Positions 57,698 to 64,000 of a DNA stretch of 64,000 nucleotides are shown piece by piece (the stretch's first letter is position 1; every line of letters starts with the position of its first letter). The notes below the pieces were generated by a model that was not told the DNA's origin, searched no databases, and saw only the letters and a list, made by a program, of their open reading frames with translations. The position numbers and the translations under genes were made by a program. The DNA comes from a virus (lineage: Duplodnaviria > Caudoviricetes), in IMG/VR virus record IMGVR_UViG_3300010352_002811, positions 30,444 to 94,443 of that record. The stretch is one strand, 5' to 3'.

Positions 57698-58274
57698 ATT
57701 CGAAAAATGGTATGATGATTTCAGATATCGTGTGTTTGATTATTTCGAGAAGGTTCGGTTCAATTCGTGTGGGTTTGATTTTTCTGAAGCTGATGGGGTG
57801 ACATGGTTGAATTCATTTCTAACAGCGAATAAACAGTATGGAAAAAAACATTGGTTTCTAAACGGCACATTCAAAACAATCATTTGGATTCTTGATTTCC
57901 CATATAATGTCCGGTTATATTGGCGCGATTTCAAAAATTTCATCGCTCCAGATTCATTTGCCAAGGTTGATGGAAAACACATTCGGACTTCTGACGGAAA
58001 TTACAGCACGTTTGAAGACACTGCGATGTTTGTATTGTTTGAAAAATTTAGGCAAGTGTTTGAAGAAACGTTTGAACGAATGGGATATGATAATTTAGCA
58101 GAATATGATAAACTGAGTCAAAACGTATATCTTCGCCAAATTCAATTATATCGTTGGTGGCTTTGGAGAAGAAATCTAAATATTGATGACCTTGATTTGG
58201 ACGCTCAAGACGAACTGACCAAAACAGAAAGACAAAATGTTCGGGAGCTTCTTGAAATCTCTGGTTGGATTTAA
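57663..58274 (+). CDS. Aromatic-rich hypothetical protein
   Basis: ORF; LY.WW..R and terminal W motif seen in phage proteins. Confidence 0.5.
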   Translation: MRLNFLKTQFYKFEKWYDDFRYRVFDYFEKVRFNSCGFDFSEADGVTWLNSFLTANKQYGKKHWFLNGTFKTIIWILDFPYNVRLYWRDFKNFIAPDSFAKVDGKHIRTSDGNYSTFEDTAMFVLFEKFRQVFEETFERMGYDNLAEYDKLSQNVYLRQIQLYRWWLWRRNLNIDDLDLDAQDELTKTERQNVRELLEISGWI

Positions 58275-58291
58275 TATTCGTAGGTGCTTAA

Positions 58292-59152
58292 ATGTCAAAA
58301 CTAAACAATTTCTTAAAAAATAATGACCATGAATGTTCTTACAAATTAATATATTCACCATTAACATGGCTCGGCGGCAAATCGAAAGTATTAACACATT
58401 TTATAGAGCATACAAAAACTTCCGGAACGTTTTATGATGTTTTTGGGGGTTCGGGAGTTGTTTCATTTAACGCAAGGGCTAAAAAAATTGTATATAATGA
58501 TATTAACAACGATTTAGTTAATTTCTTTAAGTTTGTTTCGGATAAATCATTTATTACAATTCTTAATGGATTGTATGAAAATAATTCAAAAGAAAAATAC
58601 TTATCTATAAGGAAAGCATTTAATTTGTCCGAATATGATGTTACCAGGGCGGCAATGTTTTTATACTTAAACAAATGCTGTTTTAATGGATTATGTAGAT
58701 ATAGCAAAAAAACCGGGTTTAATTCGCCCCCTGGAAATAATTTTGAAAAAAAGAAAACCCCTAAGTTGCTGATACGTGAGTTTCTTAAAAATATTGAAAA
58801 GAAAAATATTAAATTCACAAACTTAAGTTATATGGACGTTTTGAAAAATGTAAAATCGGGGGATGTTGTATATCTCGACCCTCCTTATTTACCATCGGAT
58901 GAATTCAAAACAATGTTTACTAATTATTCGTCTGGTGGGTTTACATATGCTGATCATTTACAGCTTGTGTCGGAAGCTAAACGTTTAATGCGTCTTGGTG
59001 CTATTGTTATAATAAGCAACAGTTCTACAACATTTACGAAAAATTTATACAAGGACGCTAAACAAATAATTGATATTGAAGTTGCCCGTTCAATATCAAG
59101 TAAATCTAACGGGCGAAAGAAAGTAAAAGAGCTTATAGCTATATTCAAATGA
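58292..59152 (+). CDS. dam: Dam-family (alpha class) DNA adenine methyltransferase
   Basis: W.GGK, DVFGGSG, NDIN, FLYLNK..FNGLCRY...GFN.P, YLDPPY, ISNS. Confidence 0.9.
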   Translation: MSKLNNFLKNNDHECSYKLIYSPLTWLGGKSKVLTHFIEHTKTSGTFYDVFGGSGVVSFNARAKKIVYNDINNDLVNFFKFVSDKSFITILNGLYENNSKEKYLSIRKAFNLSEYDVTRAAMFLYLNKCCFNGLCRYSKKTGFNSPPGNNFEKKKTPKLLIREFLKNIEKKNIKFTNLSYMDVLKNVKSGDVVYLDPPYLPSDEFKTMFTNYSSGGFTYADHLQLVSEAKRLMRLGAIVIISNSSTTFTKNLYKDAKQIIDIEVARSISSKSNGRKKVKELIAIFK

Positions 59153-59162
59153 AAGGAATGTT

Positions 59163-59666
59163 ATGGCAGGTGTTGATACAGCCGTGTTTAATGGAACGGC
59201 TTATGAAGAACGAATTGAGGCTAATCTAAAGGCAATCATCAAAGATATTAATTCGGGTTCAAGATACATATATGAATTAAAACCACAATATTCATATTCT
59301 TGTGGATGTGCCAAGTTAAATAAAAGTGGGAAGCGGAAAATAGATTTTGCGATATTAAAGAACTCGGTACCTATAATTTTTATTGAATTAAAAACTCAAT
59401 TTATTCCAGGAACTGTTAGAGAAAAACTTCCAATGGTAAATGAAGAATTTAAGAGCCTTATAAAAGAAAAATATTCTGCGGAACAATATATTTTGTTGAC
59501 AGAAACCTCAGAACAATTTTATGGATACCAGGTGTTCAATAAAATGCTACAAGATGAAAAAGATAACGATGTTGCATCCAAGATAACTCATTTTAATAAT
59601 AAAGAAACGGAATTCTTTGAGTTTATTAATAACTATCTGAAGGATGATGAACATGCCAATTGCTGA
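59163..59666 (+). CDS. PD-(D/E)xK restriction-endonuclease-like protein
   Basis: G..YE helix, KIDFAI, FIELKTQ..GT..EKL; directly after dam. Confidence 0.6.
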   Translation: MAGVDTAVFNGTAYEERIEANLKAIIKDINSGSRYIYELKPQYSYSCGCAKLNKSGKRKIDFAILKNSVPIIFIELKTQFIPGTVREKLPMVNEEFKSLIKEKYSAEQYILLTETSEQFYGYQVFNKMLQDEKDNDVASKITHFNNKETEFFEFINNYLKDDEHANC

Positions 59667-59850
59667 TTACAAAGACGAACAGACAGGAGAAATATTTGAA
59701 GTTCTAATAAAATCTGGACCAATCCCTGATGAAGTGATAAATGATAAAACTGGAAACGTCTCTAAGAGAATTTTTTCAGGTAACGTAGGATTTGAATTCA
59801 AAGGAAGTGGGTTTTATGAAACTGAATATAAGAGAAAAACTCCTAACTAA
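59653..59850 (+). CDS. FmdB-like protein lacking cysteines
   Basis: MPI.DY...G..FE..KRIFS...F.FKGSGFY.T.Y. Confidence 0.7.
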   Translation: MPIADYKDEQTGEIFEVLIKSGPIPDEVINDKTGNVSKRIFSGNVGFEFKGSGFYETEYKRKTPN

Positions 59851-60643
59851 AGAAGAGGAATTTGAAATTTTTAATAAGTATCGTCTTTTAGAAAATGCTT
59901 ATAGAAAAACAAAAGACGAGAATAAGAAGCAGCAAATTATTGACGTAAGAAATAAACTAAAGAATGAGATTTTCAACAAGAACATTGGCCTTGCTTTGGT
60001 AATGGCACAGAGAGCACGGCATAAGATTAAAGAAATTGTTGAAACTGATGATTTAATTCAATATGCTAGCTTCGGATTACTTAACGCGATTGATAGGTAT
60101 GATGTTTACTCAGGATACCGATTTTCAACATACGCCACCAAAGTTATTGAAACAAACATATTGCGAAAGTCATTAGATGTTAGCCGTGTTGTTAGAATTC
60201 CCCAAAAGGTTTATTCTGAATATTCTACAGTAGCAAGAAAGTTGTTTCAACGAAATACTGATGGAGAATGTAAACAAATAGCTGATGTTGCTGATGAATT
60301 AGGTAAGTCTTCAGAATATGTTGCGTCGGTTGTTAACTTAGTAAAATCAACAGAGACTACTGAAGAAGCGGTAATTGAAAAAGAGAATAACTATCTTAAA
60401 GAATTCGATGAACATTTCCTAGCACAAGATATAACGAAAAGTCTGGAATGCCTGAATGATGCTGAACGATATATTATTGTCAATTACTTTGGGCTTGATG
60501 GACATGTGGCAATGACTTGTGATGAACTCGCAAATATTCTCAATGTTACAAAATCAGCAGTTAGCGCTCGAATGAAACATATCATTGAAAAACTGAAGGA
60601 CGGAAAACTTCTGACTCATTGGAGATATTATGAAGCAGGTTGA
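59816..60643 (+). CDS. Sigma70-family RNA polymerase sigma factor
   Basis: LLTKEEE, N.GL...A, DLIQ...GL..AIDRYD...GYRFSTYA, R.VRIP, region 4 L..L...ER.II...FGL HTH. Confidence 0.9.
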   Translation: MKLNIREKLLTKEEEFEIFNKYRLLENAYRKTKDENKKQQIIDVRNKLKNEIFNKNIGLALVMAQRARHKIKEIVETDDLIQYASFGLLNAIDRYDVYSGYRFSTYATKVIETNILRKSLDVSRVVRIPQKVYSEYSTVARKLFQRNTDGECKQIADVADELGKSSEYVASVVNLVKSTETTEEAVIEKENNYLKEFDEHFLAQDITKSLECLNDAERYIIVNYFGLDGHVAMTCDELANILNVTKSAVSARMKHIIEKLKDGKLLTHWRYYEAG

Positions 60644-60836
60644 ACGAAGTGCCTCTGGAATTTTTTTGATTGAGAATGAACCCGATAAAGAAATTCGAGA
60701 AAGTCCAGGAGGTTATTTCTTTGAGAAGAGTCGGAAATCAGAACTCATCAGATTGAAACAAAAAGAAGAAATTCAAGAAGTCCGAAAGGTTTCTTGGGTT
60801 TCAAAGATTCTTAGTTGGTGGAGAAATGAAGATTAG
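60630..60836 (+). CDS. Hypothetical protein
   Basis: GGAG SD; C-terminal amphipathic SWVSKILSWW. Confidence 0.5.
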   Translation: MKQVERSASGIFLIENEPDKEIRESPGGYFFEKSRKSELIRLKQKEEIQEVRKVSWVSKILSWWRNED

Positions 60837-61005
60837 GTGGAATTTTGCCGCAGATGATGACCAAAAAAGGTGGGCATTATTTTTTAACAAACGATATGTT
60901 TATGTATTTCCAGGTTGGCCATTTGCAAAATATTACGAAGACCGACTAAAATATAACATGTTTACTAAAAATTTCTTCAGGCGAATGGCAAAAACATATG
61001 AATAA
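60826..61005 (+). CDS. MK(I/V)-family small basic protein (59 aa)
   Basis: Manual translation MKIRWNFAADDDQKRWALFF...FTKNFFRRMAKTYE. Confidence 0.5.
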   Translation: MKIRWNFAADDDQKRWALFFNKRYVYVFPGWPFAKYYEDRLKYNMFTKNFFRRMAKTYE

Positions 61006-61023
61006 ATTGAAAGAATATATCTC

Positions 61024-61206
61024 ATGACTAAAATAAGTTTTCGGGTTCGGAAAATGGATTTTTATAAAGGAAATAATTGGATGTTTTGCGTATCATCAAA
61101 ATCTCAAATTATAACAAATTTTTACAATAAAGAAAACAAAATTCAAAGAACCTCAATATGCCCACACGAGTATAACTTTTTCAAACGAATGAAAATTAAG
61201 GTTTGA
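61024..61206 (+). CDS. MK(I/V)-family-like small basic protein
   Basis: MTKISFRV..; ends NFFKRMKIKV, similar to NFFRRM of previous ORF. Confidence 0.5.
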   Translation: MTKISFRVRKMDFYKGNNWMFCVSSKSQIITNFYNKENKIQRTSICPHEYNFFKRMKIKV

Positions 61207-61231
61207 CTTGGAAGAATTGATTGACTATATT
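61203..61231 (+). promoter_or_regulatory. Sigma70-type promoter with TTGGAAGA box
   Basis: TTGACT-tggaagaattgattgac(17)-TATATT; GGAGG SD follows. Confidence 0.75.
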
Positions 61232-61250
61232 CATTGGCTGGAGGACCGCT

Positions 61251-61712
61251 ATGAATATTTTTGTTTTGGATGATGATTTTGAAAAGAATGCCGAGTTTCA
61301 ATGTGACAGGCATGTTGTTAAAATGATTACAGAACAAAATCAAATTCTATCAACATGTCATTGGATGACAGGTGGCTCTGCCAAATACAAGCCAACTCAT
61401 GTAAATCATCCTTGTAATGTTTGGGTTCGAGAATCTTTGGATAATTATGTTTGGCTTTGTTGGTCAACCAGTTTTCTTTGCCGGGAATATTCTCATCGTT
61501 ATGGTAGAACTCATGCTGGAGAAAATATTGTTAAAGAATTAAGTAAGAATTTTCCAGAACTACCCATAAAAGGTTTGACTTCATTTGCTCAAGCTATGCC
61601 AGAACATTATAAAAATGAAAATGCCGTAATTGCTTATAGAAATTATTATATGGGCGAAAAACGACATATCGCAAACTGGAAAAATAGAGAGGTTCCGGAA
61701 TGGTTCGAATGA
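61251..61712 (+). CDS. Pyrimidine-dimer DNA glycosylase/DenV-related protein
   Basis: MNIFVLD, CDRHVVKM..E..Q.LST.H, YKPTH.NHPC..W, AQAMP, AYR.YY..EK, W..R..P.W. Confidence 0.75.
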   Translation: MNIFVLDDDFEKNAEFQCDRHVVKMITEQNQILSTCHWMTGGSAKYKPTHVNHPCNVWVRESLDNYVWLCWSTSFLCREYSHRYGRTHAGENIVKELSKNFPELPIKGLTSFAQAMPEHYKNENAVIAYRNYYMGEKRHIANWKNREVPEWFE

Positions 61713-61879
61713 GAATTACGAATTTTGGATTAACCGTGTATATTCCGAATGTTGGGTTAGATAATAAAGGACTTAGCATAGATTTAGATTATTTCAAAGC
61801 TCCGGAATTTTATGGTTCTTCATATGTTAGACCATCAGAGCGCAAATTTGTTTCCAGAATGACGAAGTGGTTTACATGA
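61709..61879 (+). CDS. MK(I/V)-family-like small protein (56 aa)
   Basis: Manual translation MRITNFGLTV...RKFVSRMTKWFT; ATGA overlaps at both ends. Confidence 0.45.
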   Translation: MRITNFGLTVYIPNVGLDNKGLSIDLDYFKAPEFYGSSYVRPSERKFVSRMTKWFT

Positions 61880-62016
61880 AAATAACTCTCGCAATGACAA
61901 ATTTTGGAGTTTACAGAAGTTATACAGAAATATATTCTTATTATGACATTTCAATTAATCACATTCCACCTCGTTTATATTTCAAAAAGAGGTGGCGACG
62001 AATAATTAAAACTTGA
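61876..62016 (+). CDS. MK(I/V)-family small basic protein (46 aa)
   Basis: Manual translation MKITLAM...YFKKRWRRIIKT. Confidence 0.45.
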   Translation: MKITLAMTNFGVYRSYTEIYSYYDISINHIPPRLYFKKRWRRIIKT

Positions 62017-62482
62017 TTAAATCCCAAGCGGCTACATATTTTTCAAGTTCATCAATCCGGTTCATCCACCCATTTAGGAATACTTTTTGAGACGCATCAT
62101 TTTGAACAATCTTATTATAAAAAGCTCTGCGAAGTTCTATCAGTTTTCCCACATTTCCTTTTGCTATTGAATGATATTTCTTGGCACGATTGCTTCCAGA
62201 ATTCACACACAGGTCAAAAAGAACACAAGCATATTTACCATCAAGTTTATCACAATCAATAACATTCCAATAACGGGTTTTGTAAATAGTCTTAACTTCA
62301 TCATCCGTTATTTCAAAAACATCTTTAGGTGGTAGTTTCAGAGATTTTCTATAGTCATTAAATGTGCTTTGTGTAACTCCGTATGACGTTCTGCCGCCCC
62401 TGTCCATTTTATTGTCAACCTTACCACCTTCACGCTTTAACACAAATCCAATACTCTTCTCCCAATCCAAACTATCAGCCAT
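62006..62482 (-). CDS. Glycoside hydrolase family 108 endolysin
   Basis: REGG.VD...DRGG.T.YGVT, IY..RYW, FD..VNSG, F..GW.NR; minus-strand TAAATA at 62503-62508 and GGGAG SD. Confidence 0.92.
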   Translation of the reverse strand: MADSLDWEKSIGFVLKREGGKVDNKMDRGGRTSYGVTQSTFNDYRKSLKLPPKDVFEITDDEVKTIYKTRYWNVIDCDKLDGKYACVLFDLCVNSGSNRAKKYHSIAKGNVGKLIELRRAFYNKIVQNDASQKVFLNGWMNRIDELEKYVAAWDLIKF

Positions 62483-62536
62483 AATTTATCTCCCGTTTTA
62501 ATTATTTATTTTGATATATATTTTTAGAGGAACAAT

Positions 62537-62998
62537 ATGAGAGAAAAACAACTATCATCAGGGTTTCTAATTAGGTCTGGAGGAAAATTTCTTTTAGCTA
62601 GGTCTTATGCTGGTCCGAAGGCAACTCCCGCTTCAGACAAATGGACGATTCCTAAAGGGCATGTTGAGCCGGGAGAGTCAACCATTGAAGCAGCGTATCG
62701 GGAAACTTTGGAAGAAACTGGGTTAGATTTGAAACATTTGAGTTATGTGAATGTTTGGAATCATTTCTCCCACATATATTCAATGAGAAATAAAGATGTT
62801 ATCGTGTTTTTCTGCGATGATGAAAGTGGAATGCTTCAAGATGAGGTTTTGAAATGTTCTTCTTTTGTAGACGATGACCCAAACTATCCTGAAATTGATG
62901 CTTATAAATGGGTTGATATAAAAGAAGCAAGATTGTTGGTCGCCAGAAGCCAGCAAGAACTGTTCTCCAAAAAGATGCCGTGGAATAGAGAATCATAA
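62537..62998 (+). CDS. NUDIX hydrolase
   Basis: W.IPKGHVEPGESTIEAAYRETLEETG Nudix box; PEID..KW. Confidence 0.92.
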   Translation: MREKQLSSGFLIRSGGKFLLARSYAGPKATPASDKWTIPKGHVEPGESTIEAAYRETLEETGLDLKHLSYVNVWNHFSHIYSMRNKDVIVFFCDDESGMLQDEVLKCSSFVDDDPNYPEIDAYKWVDIKEARLLVARSQQELFSKKMPWNRES

Positions 62999-63006
62999 AT
63001 AAACAT

Positions 63007-63573
63007 ATGAATCATTTCAAAACAAATTATTTACTTGAAACAATTGAAGTTAAAAAAAAGCGCATTATGATTATTATGCGTGGTTATCCGGGTTCTGGAA
63101 AATCATATGCTGCAAAAGAACTAGCTAAGAAATTAAACGCGGTTATTTGTTCTGCCGATGATTTTTTCATGAAGTCGGGGAAATATGTTTTTGATGCTTC
63201 CAAACTAGGACTCGCGCACAAAACATGCCAAGAAAAAGCTTATAATACTATGGTTGATGGAAAGAATCTCATCATCGACAATACAAATCTGAAATCAAAA
63301 GACTGTGAATTTTATGTTGATATGGTTTCGGAATCAAATGAATTTACAAATAATGAATATGCTGTTTCTGTAATTACGCCATCATATAACGATATTGAAA
63401 CCGCTATAAAACATCGCAAAAATCAAGACGATGGTAAAAATATCCCTGAAGATAAAATGAGATTGATGGATAAGACAATGAAAGAAAATGATGTTGAATT
63501 CGAACTCAAAAATAAATTCAAAGATGTTAAATTTATAAAAGAGTCGGATATTGATAATTGGCTCCATAAATAA
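63007..63573 (+). CDS. Tagged P-loop kinase (AAA_33/N4BP2-like polynucleotide kinase)
   Basis: TAAATA-N5-ATG; MNHFKTNYLLE; MRGYPGSGKS, SADDFF, AH..C, IIDNTN. Confidence 0.8.
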   Translation: MNHFKTNYLLETIEVKKKRIMIIMRGYPGSGKSYAAKELAKKLNAVICSADDFFMKSGKYVFDASKLGLAHKTCQEKAYNTMVDGKNLIIDNTNLKSKDCEFYVDMVSESNEFTNNEYAVSVITPSYNDIETAIKHRKNQDDGKNIPEDKMRLMDKTMKENDVEFELKNKFKDVKFIKESDIDNWLHK

Positions 63574-63577
63574 CTAT

Positions 63578-64000
63578 ATGAAATTCTCTAAATTCTATCT
63601 GACTGAAAATGCTGTTGAAAAATCAAAAGTTTTTAAGGATTTGAAAAACATCCTGTCTGGGTTTCAGCAAAAAGAACCAAGCGAAATCAAAGAAAGACCA
63701 AAGGGCGTCGTCATCAAATTTTCTCCTGTTGGTTCTTGGACAACATTCGTCTCTAATTTGAAAAACAATCTCAAAGGTTATCGATTTTTAGACACCAAGT
63801 CCGATAAAGACCAATTGGCTTTCAAAAACAATTCTCTGCTGTTCTGGACTCGTCTTGTTGGAAATGATGCGTTTGTCTATGTTACGAATCAATCAAATCT
63901 AAAAGAACCTGATTGGGGCGAAGAGGTTGAGACCGAACCCGAAGAAATTGAAACCGAGCCAGAAGAAGCTCCAGCAGAAGTTCCCGAACCAACAACATAA
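63578..64000 (+). CDS. Tagged late hypothetical protein
   Basis: TAAATA-N5-ATG; MKFSKFYLTEN; acidic E/P tail. Confidence 0.55.
   Translation: MKFSKFYLTENAVEKSKVFKDLKNILSGFQQKEPSEIKERPKGVVIKFSPVGSWTTFVSNLKNNLKGYRFLDTKSDKDQLAFKNNSLLFWTRLVGNDAFVYVTNQSNLKEPDWGEEVETEPEEIETEPEEAPAEVPEPTT

Noticed and set aside
1509-63567. Numerous 60-170 aa antisense or alternate-frame ORFs in the track (e.g. 18716-19126, 52237-52671, 53531-54046, 55268-55693)
   Set aside because: Nested opposite or within well-supported genes, with no motifs or SD; treated as shadow ORFs
18852-63577. Upstream starts given by the ORF track (18852, 19537, 32306, 36961, 43521, 47782, 52439, 59792, 61221, 63551)
   Set aside because: They run through terminators, promoters or upstream genes; downstream ATGs fit SD/promoter positions and family N-termini better
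1-64000. CRISPR array, tRNA or rRNA genes
   Set aside because: No regularly spaced direct repeats and no cloverleaf or rRNA-like sequence seen; intergenic gaps are short. A tRNAscan run was not possible.

Overview
AT-rich, densely coding, mostly plus-strand segment of a large T4-like (probably jumbo) tailed dsDNA phage genome, standard genetic code. It carries T4-type replication genes (gp32, RNase H, gp45, gp44, gp62, gp1-like dNMP kinase, gp4 head-completion nuclease) and nucleotide metabolism genes (class II RNR with an HNH intein ending in Gln, DHFR, ThyA, dUTPase, IMPDH/GMPR, 5'-nucleotidase). It also has three DNA methyltransferases, a ~8 kb glycosyltransferase/sugar-nucleotide island, a MoxR-AAA/vWA pair, a sigma70-type factor and a GH108 endolysin. 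Four window-wide patterns stand out. (1) About 15 late genes share an N-terminal M-x-F-x-x-F/Y-(Y)-L-x-E tag resembling the T4 capsid-targeting/prohead-protease signal, fused to ADP-ribosyltransferase-like, GNAT, zincin, kinase and nuclease-like domains; this suggests a packaged, injected effector arsenal. (2) Six of these genes have TAAATA exactly 5 nt before an SD-less ATG, suggesting leaderless late mRNAs. (3) About 20 small basic ORFs start M-K-(I/V)-x-(L/F/M)-x-(I/V) and form translationally coupled arrays, some pseudogenised. (4) A TTGGAAGA/TCTTCCAA box sits inside several sigma70-type promoters. All calls come from motif recognition by eye; no searches were run.
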